DNA from: Antedon mediterranea
Lineage: Eukaryota; Animalia; Echinodermata
NCBI RefSeq assembly: GCF_964355755.1
Contig: NC_092679.1
Span: forward strand, 23,109,432 to 23,173,431
Reading direction: 5' to 3'
DNA length: 64,000 bases
A model generated the notes under the pieces. The model was not told where the DNA came from. It searched no databases and was given only the letters and a program-made list of their open reading frames with translations. Below are positions 12,889 through 26,838 of this stretch, piece after piece. Position 1 is the first letter of the stretch; each line of letters begins with the position of its first letter. A program made the translations under genes and the position numbers.

Positions 12889-14525
12889 TTGTATATATTC
12901 CAAAAATAGTATACATTTTAATTAATGCAATATAAAGCCAAAAAATATATAATTTAATCATAAATTTAATAAAATAAAAGTGCTTTGTAATACTTATAAG
13001 GGATGGATTTCTTAGTCCGTAATTTAAATTAAATTTATTTGATGGCATTTAACACATGTTTCAGTCATTTTAACAAAAGGTGTTGCAAATATCTTGACCT
13101 TTAGGTTGAATTGCACTACTTTCAACCTAAATTTAATTTAATTTTTAGGTTTATTTTCATTCTGTTATTAAAGTATTTTTGCCACTTTTACATTGTATGA
13201 AATTAAGCAATACATCATATTTTGTTTTGTCAATGTAAAAATAAACAAATTAAATATTTCAAATAAATTATTTCAGTTTCAATGTATTGTACTTATTTTT
13301 ACTGAAAGCAACAAAATTCATCTCAACTTTGCACTATTTGGAACTTTCTCTTGTTAATTTTAGTTTAAATTGTATTGTTCTATATTGTATTTTAGTTATT
13401 TATATTTTATGATTTTTATTATTAGGATAATACACTATACCGATTGGTTTGCGCTCCTGCTGCAAAAGCATTATTCTAAGTTACTATTATTAAAGAGGAA
13501 ACTTTAGCAATGATATAGACAAAAGAAAAAAATGGGAGACAGAACTAGACCACACTTAGAACCCCCTATTGAGGTTGAAAAGTCCACCCACTCCCGGAAG
13601 CAGAGATTCTAACAGCTTTTTAATGACAATTTGGAGACAACAAGTTCTTTTAAAATACATAACAAAATAATATATAACACTAGATGTTGAACTTGATGAG
13701 ACTGCCATTAAGTTGATCAACAGGCAAACAACTAACCCTTTTTTTATGTTTTCAAATATAAACTAAGTTACATTTTTTGTTGATTCACCATAATTTACCA
13801 ATAACACGTAAGTGATATATTTCAATTAATTCACTTAAGTCAATAAATATATAAGGATAACTAAAAGACTTTTAGATTTTAAAAGTTTTTCTCAAAGTGT
13901 GAATGTTGAATACAGCAACACAAAATAAATTCTGCTAATGCTTTCGTGTGTAGTACCCACTCTACCTCAAAATCACAAATAGCTTTCTATCTAAAATGTG
14001 AACTTAGGTTCAGACCGAAAAAAGAAAACATACTTATAACCACATTAACAAGGAAATAAGAGACATTGTTAAAATGCTTTGGTGAACCACATATTGCGAA
14101 AGAAATGTGTGAGGCCGACCTTCTGGGCTCAAGAATTCATTCGTTCTGGCTACATCGCATTATATCCGGCAAATGGAGGTTAAAACCTTTATAGAATGCG
14201 ACTCCAGTGATGTGATGACCCGTAATTAATCTAACTGAGGGGTATCATTGTAGACGCTTTCATACTTTATTGGGGTTAAACGTCAGCTAATGAAACAGAT
14301 GCTGAAGAATTTGGAAACGATTGGAGGGGTAATGATGTTGATTAGCTTAGTTTTAGTTATGTAACTTTTTCGAAAAAAAAAACATTTTCACCACTTTTTA
14401 TTTTATTTATGAAATGTTGGCACATATCATTCAATAGTACGTAAAGTGAAATAAAGTGCTGAACTTGAGGTGGGTGTGAGGTTGCAGGGCTCCCTCTTGG
14501 ATCCGCCTATACCATTTGCAAATTA

Positions 14526-14660
14526 ATCTTATCTACACTATCAAACCTTATGTGAAAAAAGTGTGATGTGCCCATATATGGACATGATGTTTGGGTGTAT
14601 CACTACCATATTTGGGCACATCACACTTTTTGTCACTAGTTTGATAGTGTAGACAAAGCA
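14526..14660. mobile_element. MITE family B copy
   Basis: TCTACACTATCAAAC / GTTTGATAGTGTAGA inverted ends and inner AAAAGTGTGATGTGCCCA / TGGGCACATCACACTTTT. Confidence 0.8.
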
Positions 14661-15096
14661 TTAGTTAGTGTGAATTAGGTCAATTTCTGTATGAATACTG
14701 ACAATGCCTCTGACTTAGTTCAGAGGTGGGCTCATGAGTAGCACAGAAACTAGGACTCTAGCCTTTAAGAGTCACATTAACGATGACTTTTTACTTATTC
14801 ACCTTTGGAACACTGGTATTTAGGAAAATGAATCGTTCCGATTAATAAAGTAGTAGTAATAATAGGAAAATATTTAGATAATTGGTTTACGCAAAAAAAA
14901 CTGTATAATGGTAATATTCTTCTTCTCATCTGGGGATTTGTTTGGCTTGTTATTTTTATTTGGCCTAGTAATTTCCGCAAAAGACAATTTCTTAAACAGC
15001 AACTGAAATGGATTGATTTACCGATTTCTCCTATATTTTGTTAAATGTTTACTGCTAGACTTTTACCAATACACCATGAGAAACCATCGTAAAAAT

Positions 15097-15255
15097 TCAG
15101 CACCTGCTGCGCTTCTAGCTCCAGCAAATAAAATCACATTTTAATGTTTCGTTTGCATGCACCATGCGACTTTATGCGGCAACAATTTTACTTGAAAAAA
15201 AAGTCGCTATTGCTGATGCAAACATGAACTGGAGCCGGACCGGTGCAGGTGTAAA
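15097..15255. mobile_element. Possible degenerate MITE
   Basis: Imperfect inverted ends CACCTGC..TCTAGCTCCAG / CTGGAGCCGGA..GCAGGTG. Confidence 0.35.
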
Positions 15256-16879
15256 GTAAAAGAAGAAACTCGACTTGTTATGAATTTGTATTAACATGAA
15301 CTTAGTATAACATTCTGTACTGGACAACAGAAATAAGGCCAGGAACCTAGGAACATGTTACTGGAAGTCACACAGGTTAAAACTACCAAGCTATGTTACA
15401 AATAATATGAATGCTAAATAAATAGTTTAAATATAAAGATGAAAAGGTCATGTTTTGATAGAATAATTATATTTCAATATCAATCCCAGCATGCGTCTAA
15501 GATGTTATTACTGCAAACACACAATGATGCAACAAACAAATTACGATGTGTCTATATTTGTTGACATAGTGCGTGATCTATTGACCCTTCATGGCTGGAG
15601 GTAACCACAAACAGACGACATGCTTCTACTATTTAAACAGCATGATGTAGCAGAGGGAGTGAGACTTTGAAATTGAATATCTGATGTTACCAAAGTCAAA
15701 AAACAAGTTATACAGACCTACTATAAGTACAGTGAATAAATACATTTATGAAAGACAAATAATGAATTTTACAATGTTTCTAGCATTTGAAACACATGAG
15801 GGAGAGAGAGTGAGACCTGAAAACCTGATGTTACCAAAATAAAGTTATCTATCAAGTAATATTGAAAAGTAGTTATACAGTAAAATTAGCAATGGATTTA
15901 TAAAGTTTACAAATTTATAAATAAAATCATGGAGTAAACTGATAAAATACAACATATTTAGCAATAAAGCAAGCTGTTTATAAACCGAGATAATGTTTCT
16001 TAACCAGGTAAAAAGGTTCATCTAGATCTCTGTATAGTATTCAAATATTTTTTTCTTTTGGATGATCCAAAAGGAATAAAACCGTAAAAAATATGTTTTT
16101 AACATTGGACAAAAATGGTTTGTTTCTTAACCAACTAACTTGCGAGAATAAACAAATTTATACATAAGAACTGATTTGCTCCAACATATTGCAAACGGAG
16201 GGAGTGAGGAATATGAAGAGAACCAATAATAATATCAATATGACAGATATAATATTTCAATTGTGAGGTTCAAGGTGAAAAGAACTGTCAAAATATATTA
16301 TGATGATATCTGTCTGCTGCATCAAATAGATTAAGAGTTTGTACATTTTTAGAGATTACCAACTTCCTTAAATCCAAAACGGAATTGGTTGGGATGAAAT
16401 GGAATACCGTATACCGGTAACCTAAATGGAGTGTATACGACAAAGTACAGTCCTTAGGGGGCAAGAGTATGAAATTTGGGGGGTAATTAAGGGCTGGGAT
16501 TATACTGGGATTGCAGTAACAATGGGATTTACCATACTCTTGTCTTGTTTCTAGCCTAAATTATGAGTGGGATTTGGAATGGGATTATACTCAAGAATAC
16601 AGTGTAGGACTCGATGAATAAAATGTGTTACTCAGTCATGGATCAAATCTTCTTTTAAAATCAATAATTTTTAATGAAAAGTTAGTTCAGGGCCTTCCTA
16701 CCAGTATAGTTGGTTAGGTTAAGGACATAGCCTTATATGATTACATCATTTTAATCGCAGTGGACTAAATGCCACATATAAACACTTTTCATTTTCTTAA
16801 GTGTCCCTTTTGTGTCAAATAGCTACCACCTAACAGTGCTCGTTTTGTCTGTCCACAAAGACTAACTGTATAACCAACG

Positions 16880-17055
16880 GTGCACTGGGTTCTTTGAAAT
16901 ACACACAAGCCAGATGTGTACTGGACCTCTAGTTTTAAGTCCTTCTCAGAGAAGACTTGTTCTACCACGAAAACTATGATCAAAGAGAGCCTTGAATCTG
17001 TGCCAATTTTATGGCTAATGGTTGTGGCGCCCATGCATTTTGTTCACTCCGGACA
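16880..17055 (-). mobile_element. Deu-domain SINE, older copy
   Basis: Minus strand CATAGTTTTCGTGGTAGAACAAGTCTTCTCTGAGAAGGACTTAAAACTAGAGGTCCAGTACACATCTGGCT...AAAGAACCC aligns by eye with 37486-37578. Confidence 0.7.
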
Positions 17056-18398
17056 AAAAATAATAATTGTAGCATAATATTTTTCTCCTATATTTTTATC
17101 ATTAGTCATGAAGGGTCAGAATATGCTGGATAAAGGAGGAAATTCAAAAAATTATATTAATAAAAAAATGTATTCCCAAACCACTTAGCAGAACCAAGTT
17201 ACGTACACAAACACAGTAAAATATATGGAATACTGATATCTCTATTATGATTGGATGTCATATTGTTTGCTAATCTCATTATCATGATCTTCCCTATATT
17301 TGGAAACCTTTGACTGTTTTGTGTGTTGTTAATTTTTCCCAATATTGGCCTGATTATGATATCAAATGACCTATAAACACTGACCACTTGAGGAAATCTT
17401 TGATTCCATCATATCCTACAAAATTGAATTTGACTATGCCAGTTAAAAATATCACAAAAAAAATCAAATTAGTGACTTTCATCGATCAACATAATGATTA
17501 CCTAGATATTTGAACTTTTTTTTTATTGATCATCGGTTGATGAATATTGTCTATAAAAATTATAGCAAAGACATACACACCCTTCTGTTTTCATTTTTTA
17601 AAAAGTCCACCCGAAATTTGTTTTCCTTTCCATTTTAATGTTGCATAATAGTTTATTCACAATAGTTTATTCAAAAATTGGATTGAAAACAAATTATTTC
17701 TGTGAATATTGTTCCATGCTGGAATATTTAAGAGTATTATAGGCAGTAGATGGGAACATACTCCATTCTCCTTTATTATGATTGCCCCATTAATCGGGAA
17801 ACCACCTCACGACCTACAATTTCTTTCCACTTTTAAAACAGATTTAGAACATAAAAAATTAAATTATAAATCATAAACTTGAGAGAACAGAAATTCAATT
17901 TGAAATATTAACTCAATGTTATTACAGCCAACATATCAACTTTAAAATATGCTCAAGGCATCCGAGATGGTGAGCAGATACAGGCAAATGTATTATTTTA
18001 AGAAATTGATTTATAGAATTATGATTCCCATTCAAAGTAGATTAATACATTTAATAAACGAGAAAATATTGAACACTTCAATACTACATTGACAAATAAT
18101 ATTTAATTATATTTAGAATGATTTAATATTATGTTTTGAAATTTTATCAATTTAGGCTATGATTTGTGACATATATTATAATCTAGTATTTATTATAACT
18201 TATTGCAAGTCTTTTCTGATCATGTTTATATTTTACATGAATTTCCTTTGAATAGATATGACGTGTCTAAAGTAAAGGTTGGTGAATGAAGATGAACATT
18301 ATTGCTCTACTGAACAACTGTCACAACATTACCAGGCCATCAATATATTTGATATACAGTATTTTTCTTTGTAGTTTTATTGTGAATTTCAATTTTAA

Positions 18399-18546
18399 AG
18401 CTCTGTCTACACTATCAAACTAGTTTGATAAAATAAAAAAGTATGATGTGCCCAAATATAGTAGTAATATGCCCAAATAGGGTAGGGATATGACTATCAT
18501 CATGTCCATTTTTTGTCACATAAAGTTTGATGGTGTAGATAGAGCT
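18399..18546. mobile_element. MITE family B (PIF/Harbinger-like), full copy with TAA TSD
   Basis: TIRs AGCTCTGTCTACACTATCAAACT / AGTTTGATGGTGTAGATAGAGCT, with TAA on both sides (18396-18398, 18547-18549). Confidence 0.85.
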
Positions 18547-19268
18547 TAAGTAGAACAATACAATTTCTTGAATCTAATCAAAAACCCGACCATTAGTTTA
18601 AGAGAGGCTACAAAGGTACACTAAAAAAAGTTGAATCTATAAAACACTAGTAAATACTGCTTCTTATAGAAACCTATCCTCAATTAATCAATAATTTATT
18701 GATTTGTTAATATGAAATCGTAAATACCAGACATAATCGTACATAAAACGAAAATAAAAAGCTCTTCTAATGCCATTGAGAGCAAATTTCATTTTCTTGA
18801 CAATAAAGAAATAATGCTTGCGAAAAACGTGTTATATAAGCAGTTTAGTCTGTCACTTTGTTGCCACAGAGACGAAGGATAAACTCTGTTGATAAATTGT
18901 ACTATCACTAACGCACACATTGTCCACTTGAAAATGAAAAAAAAATGAAGTAAAGTGTTATTTAGAAATGTCAAAATATTAGTACAGTAAACCAATAAAA
19001 AAAACATGAAATATTTTGGTGTTTTTGTTTTATTTTGTTTGATGATTTCATCCTCAATTGAGGAAATTGGGATCAAGTCCTCCATTGAACCTCGACACCC
19101 ACAGTGTGGCACCTACCTTAAAAGGTATGTTTTAAGGATCCGAACAAAACATTTTAAATGAGTTAAATATAATTTTATAAAAAGGTTTCCAATAAAAATT
19201 ACCAATCACATTTATTGCTTCATTTATGAAAATAACATGCTTACTTAAATTTTTTGAGAATTTGCTTT

Positions 19269-19462
19269 AGGTGCACAGAAAAACGCACCTCACCAGCATC
19301 CTACAGTATTTTGTAAATCTCTTCATAAAGTTATAGGTGCAGAAAAGAACACACCTCACCAATGTCCTACAGTAGTTTGTGATAATGCCAGGCTACTAAT
19401 AAAAGTTATAGGAGCAGAAAAAAACACACCTCAGCAACGTCCTACTTCGTGATAGCGCCAAG
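19269..19462. repeat. Tandem repeat, ~65-75 bp unit, 3 copies
   Basis: AGG(T/A)GCA..GAAAA..AC(A/G)CACCTCA..A...TCCTAC repeated three times. Confidence 0.75.
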
Positions 19463-20429
19463 ATCTTAGTCATTACATACTCTAACTATTATAAGAAAAA
19501 CACCACTGTAACAGTTACATCATCAATCGTTAAAATTATGAGAGGTAGGTTCATCCAGAGTGTCGCTGATCCAATCTTTCAGAGGAAACATTGCTACGAA
19601 TGATAAAGACGTTTCGGTCTATCCTGCGCCGGCCGTTTAGGTTGTCTGTGGGAATCAAACGTAAGTGGTTACATAATTCACAGACGCTTTAAAATGCCCA
19701 GTAGAATTTTATGACTCGGCAAATTTTTTTAGATTCCTTTCCTTCGTTCGTAACACAGGATAGGTTGTATAATGATACTCGATAATGCATGTGTCAAAAT
19801 GTAATGAAAGATGTTGTCATATTGAGTTGATTTCATTAATGTATATTCGTCACAAATAGAAATATATCATTTATTCATTTCAGAATTTAAAGAAAGAAAC
19901 AAGAAAATGTTAAAAGGATTTAGTTAGGAACATTATGGATAAAATTTCAGCTGTTTTAAAAATAATTGTATTTCGCGCTATACAAATTTAAAACTATTAA
20001 ACCATTGTTTGTGCGTATTTTGTTTGTGTACTTGTTCTAAATCTACTTGGTTTAATCGTAATAATAATAATTGATCAACAATATTATTCTTTTCTTTAAT
20101 CGGTTTGTAAACTTTTTTAAGATGAGTCTATTTTACCCACTTTCTGTGTCACTAATTTACCTCTATGTTTTAGCCTTTTTATGAAAATTAATATTAAATA
20201 TTATATAATTGTATTTCTACAATATGTCATTTGTTAGTATTTTACCTCTTTTTTTACGATTTTTTTTTATGGTGTTTTTATTTTAAAAAAATTGAATTTA
20301 TCATTCAATACTCGGGTTTCTTGAATTCATAATAAAAATAAATAAATAATGAAATGAAAAATATTTAAATAAAATATAATTTCTGCTGTACCTCTATGGT
20401 TTCCTTATTCGAGAAGACTCAAACAAGAA

Positions 20430-20793
20430 AATACAAACAAACAATTTATTTGTGTGAAGGGGTTGCACATCCTATGATATTTATCATGCATTATAAACAA
20501 ATTTAATGTGAAGATATGAAGAACATTGTATTCACTCTTTCTAACTCTCCTACAACTGATTTTACAGCTATCTCTGAACCTCAACTATTAGTACAGGAAA
20601 ACCTGTCCCCAAGAGCTTGGTATGTCATTGCAAATGATCTCAGGTTGGTGCGTATTGAACAATCATCTGTTCTAAGATTTGCTTTTCTAATAATAAGGTT
20701 CAAACCAAGCCCTACTTATACTAGCTTAATGCTAGTTAGGTAAACATTCAGATCAGAGAAAAATAATTCCTTAACATTCCCTGAAGAAGACCA
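20430..20793 (+). pseudogene. Degraded Penelope-like GIY-YIG endonuclease 3' region followed by a hammerhead half-site
   Basis: Frameshifted motifs Y-L-C-E-G..S-Y, R-Y-E-E-H, TAISE, VIA and AFLIIRFKPS follow the PLE order C..C..Y / R..EH / SAI.EH / I...KP.LN; then CTGAAGAAGACC at 20781. Confidence 0.45.
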
Positions 20794-21153
20794 TTGTACA
20801 TATTTATTCAAATATTGACACACAATTATTACCAGTCGGATACCTGTCCTACCGATTAATGTCTTTGACCTCTCAGTGAACTAAATGTTTCACATGTAAT
20901 GATAGCAAAAAAATTGGCGAACAGGTTTTACTTTTTAATTTGGAACTAAATCAGTATGACAGGCACGAACCTATAACTATATACGAATGCAACTGTTTTT
21001 GGTGATACGCTGTATGGCCATACATAACAATCAATTACATAGCCACGACACTTTTGGAGAATTAAAATGTTCCTCAGCACGTTTTTTACCCTGACCGAGT
21101 ATAATCCTATGCTCTAGAATCCCATCTCCAGTGGGGTAACACAGTGGACAAGG

Positions 21154-22237
21154 GGGTGTCACGAAAGCTCAGACCACGAAAGCTCAGACCCCCTAAGACC
21201 TAAGATCACGAAAGCTAAGACCCAACACCTAAGATTACAAATATTTATCTTTCGCACCTGCCTTGTATTTTAACTCCCAACATTTATTCTGAATACCACA
21301 CCTTAGAATTGGCACTTTCATGAAAAAGAATCACATAAAAAGTAACAAATACATTTTTAAATTGATGATTTTACAGACGTTTTTCTCGCACACAAAATGA
21401 CTAGCCTACAGTTAGGCCTACCCCATGGGCCATGTTCAATGTTTTTGTTTCTATGGAACGTCAAAAGAGCAAAAATTATATAGAGGGCTGAAAACTCTGT
21501 GGAGTCCATCTACAGTGTGGATGGAACAATGTAAAATTAAAATTGTAATGATAATAGTATAATCATGCAAGTACGAAGAAATAAATACTGGCAAATAAAT
21601 TTTAATTTAAAAATCATGATAAGTTTTTTTGTTTCGTTTTCTTTCTGTTTTTATACTTGTACTATATTATTGTTGCTCTTTTGGCGCTCCATAGAAACAA
21701 AAACATTGAGCATGGGGAGCTCGAGGAGTTACATTGTCATTACAGTATACAAAGAAACACATCTGTAAAATCATCAATTTAAAGGATTTATTTATTTGTT
21801 ATTATGTGTTTCTCCTTCTGAAAGTACTTATAAGTCCTAATTTTAAAGTGTGGTGTTCAGGATAAAGTTAGTCAACAAATTTGGAGTCAAAATACAAGAA
21901 AGGCAGGTGCGTAAGAAAAACATCCTCTGAAGCAACACAATGGAGTAAATATATACCAACAAACAACCCGTCAAGTTTGTTTGTTGTAAAGAAAAAATAT
22001 ACATTTACTCAACGGGCCAAAATAATGTGAGTTTATCTATGTTTTGCGGTAGTATTAAATTATATTTATGGTAATAAATGAAACCTACTGTGTTTAAAAT
22101 TATGTATGGATAAACAAGTATTGTTTTTAAGCTGTAGTATATCTTAGTATTTGTAATCTTAGGTGTTGGGTCTTAGCTTTCGTGATCTTAGGTCTTAGGG
22201 GGTCTGAGCTTTCGTGGTCTGAGCTTTCGTGACACCC
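21154..22237. mobile_element. Non-autonomous foldback DNA transposon, Mutator(MULE)-like
   Basis: Perfect 90-bp TIRs (21154-21243 / 22148-22237, starting GGGTGTCACGAAAGCTCAGACC), direct flank GTGGACAAGG at 21144-21153 and 22238-22247, plus nested internal inverted arms. Confidence 0.9.
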
Positions 22238-25200
22238 GTGGACAAGGGCCTCTGGTTTATTAATATTAACAGGCCCGCCAACGCTGAGTAGATGCATTGG
22301 GGTTACTTATGTTCTAGGGCCCCTAAGCCCTGGGTTTAGCTAGTGAAATGTTTACATCCAAAAACAACATAGATGTGTGACAAGAATTGCCTAATTGCCG
22401 CTCACTTTGACATAACCACAGAATTTGATTTCTAAATTTATGATTTTCTAGCTGACTTCCAAATCTCTATAATTTTGTTACAGTATTTAGTTCAGTACAT
22501 TGCAAGATATTCAAGCGAATATTTATTTTAAAATGCAAGAAAATAAACTGGTTTATCTCAGCATCCCTAGTTCTCCCTGTTGGAAACACGTACCATAGTA
22601 CTAATATTATAATGTTATTAGTCAGTTTAAGATTATTACTTTCTCAGATGCAATAAAATAATTTACTTTCAAAATGAAAGATGTATACTTATAGTTATAA
22701 GAAATTATTATTTTGTTGTTAAAATAAAATATGACTTATTTTTTGTGGGACAGGAAAAAAAAAATTTGCACCACCACGGTTTATTTAAGGGGGGAATTTA
22801 TTCAAAGCCGGGGAAATTTATTCGAATAAATACGGTAAATATAATGGTGCTATAGAAGAAACTATACATAATTTTAGATACCTTAAAGCCTTTGACTTTT
22901 TCATAGGTTAAATACGCATTTCTTTACCTCATAGGCTGATTACAGTAAACCAATTATTTGATTTCATTCAACAAAGCAAGTCCCTTTCAGACTTAACACT
23001 CTCCCAAAATATTGAGGTGTCCGATTCACAATCCAATGTGACAGAATATTTATTTTACACCCTATAATCTTTCATCAATGCGAATAACTTTTCCATATAC
23101 AATACATTTTTATACTTAATCTTAAGCAACTTTTATTTGTTTATTGGGTTTTCTCAACTGTGAATGGTAGAGGGCATGAACTGGCCGGCTTTAGTCTGAA
23201 AATATGGTGGTATTATTCACATAAAAAGAAAAAAAATCATTTACGGTTGACTGACATACACAGTACAACAACATCAAAGAATTTCCATCAATTCAATGTG
23301 TTTTTAAATTTGTAATATTATATTATACAGCTTTATATATACCAACAATAATGAAAATTTACTTTAAAAAAAAAAATTAAAATACTTTAGAATTCTATAT
23401 TAATATATTTTTTATCATTTAAAAATTTAGCCAAAGATGAGGGATTTTTAAGTAGAGGTTATCAGGGATTTTTAGGGTAGAGGAAATGGGGTACATAATG
23501 GGAATAGGAAAGGGCTGGAATGTTCTATATGGTCTTCTACAATTTAAGGGGGTCACAATTTGTTGGGGTACACATTTTAATTCAAATTGGCTTTAGGCCT
23601 ATATGGGTTTCAATGGGCAGACTAAAATTATTAACTTTATCATAATATTTGTTGGTGGAAGGAAGGGGGAAGACCATGATACACAAACTTACTTGACTTG
23701 AGAGTTTCTTCTGGTTAAAACTATTGTATGTACTGTCTGAATGGTAGAGCAGCGTATAGATGGCTCACTCTTTTTTTTTCACAAATGGGACTGCTAATTA
23801 CACCGACCATGGGTCTCACAATCACACAATAAAGGGGTTGCGGTAGTTAGTGAATAGAAATAATATTCTAGTCTAAATTCACTTTTGTACCAACACACTC
23901 AATATTCAACCAATCGCTAGACGGCAAATGCTTGAGTTAATAATATATTTTTTACATTATCATTTTCTCTGGGACTTCTGTTGAGCCATAAAACATCATC
24001 ATTGACTCTTTAGAAGTCTCAAACGTTATGTCAAACAATAATATATACATTTTAAAAACAATTTTCAGCATGGTACATACCATAGTGATCAAAGCTAAAT
24101 TTTATTTGTTCATACTAACTAACTATAAATAATTAAATGATATAGTATTCTGGTAGATTTAACTGCTGCTTAATGAGGGGTGTTCAACAAAAGTAGGTAA
24201 TTGTTCTCAAATTACTTGTAATCAATGATGTATAAAAATATGGAATAGATATAATGGAATTTGTCACATCAATGTAAACAGATTTTGACATAAAAATCTG
24301 AAAAATTGTAACTGCAAAAGATAGGACATAAAATTGGATAATTTTTGGGCCCTGGCCTAATTTCAAAATCCTGGATCTGCCACTGGTAATCGTTCATTTA
24401 TATGGCATAACCGAACAGTTTATCATTGGTGTACATTTTTGTTGATATACAAAACTAATGCTGATAGTGCATTTACCTCCACACTACTAGTCAGCTGGCC
24501 ACAAAAAAAATTAATGTACAAATTATTGACTAATTTAGCTAAACATTATGTGCTATAAACTCCTATTTTATATATTGTATTTAATTTTTAATCAACCGTT
24601 TAAAAACAAATCCACCTTGGTAAAAGAATGTCGTCTAGGGTCAGTGTTTGATCCGATGCAATTAGTATTAAATAGTTACACAATACACAGTAATCAAATT
24701 AAAAATCACCTTTACACAATGTCAGGAAATTATAGCAAATTAAGACATTTACTTTTGACAACTTCAAACAAAATGATGTCATAATTATAACACCTGAAGG
24801 CCATACTAACACAGTACAAAGAAAATACTGTATTCATATATAACCTTAAGCAATAATTGAGGACATCCAAATGCATTTATCGTTTCTTACTAAACAGGTG
24901 ACAGACATGATAAGATATTTATATTGAATGAAAGATGAAATATTCATTGTTTCATAAAAGGAAAAACAAAATGTACTTTGGAATCATAGGTCCTTTTCAC
25001 ATAGACATTTGACTAGAGTAAAAACAGATAATTCCAGGCATAAAGCAATGCAATGCAACTAACACAATGCCCTTTCAATAATTGTGCAATTGTCCCTGCC
25101 TGGTTGCATCAACATTTGTTGCCACGTAGTTAGACATTGACTTGACGGATTTTGTCCATGAAATAAAAAGTTGTGCTGACCGTACATGGGGTCTAGACAC

Positions 25201-25897
25201 CCCCACCCCAACCTAATGGGGGAGTCTGACACATATTTCAAATCTGTCATGTTGGTACTATGAACCTATAATATTTGCTTGCTGTACCTAGCACTTTTAC
25301 TGGTATAGTTTTATAAAGTTACAAACTCCTTTGGCTTGTGAACATTTAACTATAATTAAATATTACCGGTAATAGAAATAATAATTTGAAAAACTTACTT
25401 AAATATTCAAATAATTTTATCTTTTAATAAAATGACGGTATGAGGTCGTACGATACCCTATTTAATTTTTTCTATTCAGCTCTCAATCTACGAAAGGACC
25501 TGACCAATAGAGAACCTCAACTCATGAAAAACTCCCCAATGGAATTGCTTCTACTATCATAAATTATAAGTGAACTGTAACGAAATTATCTGCAATTAGA
25601 CCATCAATGTGAATTCCCAAAGCAGTATTTGTTTTTAAGTACTGTTAATAATTGGAAATTCTTTACATCCAGCTTAAGACGTCCTGTACATCAAGAAACA
25701 TGAAATTAGTGTCAAAGTTAAATCTGAGAACTTCCATTTTTATTTGATTCAGATGTTAAAAAAACAAAAATCCTGAAATAATTTCATCTATTCAAATAAT
25801 TACCATTTCAGTTTTCATTTAATTTTAATTTTTTTAAAGCAATTTAATAACAAAAAGATAATGCAAAAGTTATTCATAAACTATTAATAAGATCACA

Positions 25898-25998
25898 CTA
25901 CACTATCAAACTAATGTGTTGTCATTGCATAATCATTACCATATTTAGGCACATCACACTTTTTTTTGTCAAACTAGTTTGATAGTGTAGACAGAGAT
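25898..25998. mobile_element. MITE family B copy (truncated)
   Basis: CTACACTATCAAACTA / TAGTTTGATAGTGTAG and the GGCACATCACACTTTT internal motif. Confidence 0.75.
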
Positions 25999-26838
25999 TT
26001 AGAGCAGTTTTAAAACAGGGATGCCAGAGCATAAAAAGTGAAGGTGATGACTTGCCTACCAGCTAAACGAATTTTGTCCCTTTTGTAAAAAATAATCCTG
26101 GCCATGGACTTGCATATTTATGCACGCATAGTAAGTTGATAAATTACTGAAATATGCTGGGATCAGTTTGATCCATATTATCCTAGGGGCTTCACTCCAA
26201 CCTACTTGCTACAGGCTATAGAATCTGAGGAATAGGCCATCTATGATATGTGGCTCAGACAAGAAATTTAATTTTACTTTAATTTTTTTTGCTTCAATTT
26301 TTAACCTTTGTAACACATTCTTGTCTTGATTTGATTCGAAGTAGGTCGACTTAAAATAGATATGATTCAGGTTTAAACTCAAACGGATCTTTTCCTACTT
26401 TTACCATGAATCCATCAACTTTATTCAATGCATAGAAAACAAAATTAAAGTTAAGTTTAAAGCTACGATACAAAACTATTTTCAATGTTTTATGTCCAGT
26501 GCAAGCCACAGACGCTGAAAAATTAAGTCTGTTTAAAGAGGGACACAGAAGCAGTGAAACTCTATCTTTTTGATCTTAGATCCTTTTAAAGTGTATAAGG
26601 GGTTATACTAACATTAATATCTTAATGCATACTCCACACAGACAACATACTGTAGGTAGTTTCTAAATTTCAGAAAATTCAATAAAATACAGAAAAATTC
26701 AATAAAATACAGAAGAATCTGTTTCTATTACGGACACTCATATTAGGGAGACCTAGTTTGCTTGGTCCATGGTGGATTCTACTATGTAAATAACTTTATG
26801 CTATGTCAGCACTTCATTTTTAAGACCAGCATCATTAC

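Noticed and set aside
19062-19124. Possible plus-strand exon ending AAG|GTATGT
   Set aside because: Good donor but poor acceptor (GAG) and an unrecognisable peptide
24363-24385. AAATCCTGGATCTGCCACTG, an hAT-like MITE end (similar at about 14495)
   Set aside because: The partner terminus and TSD could not be located
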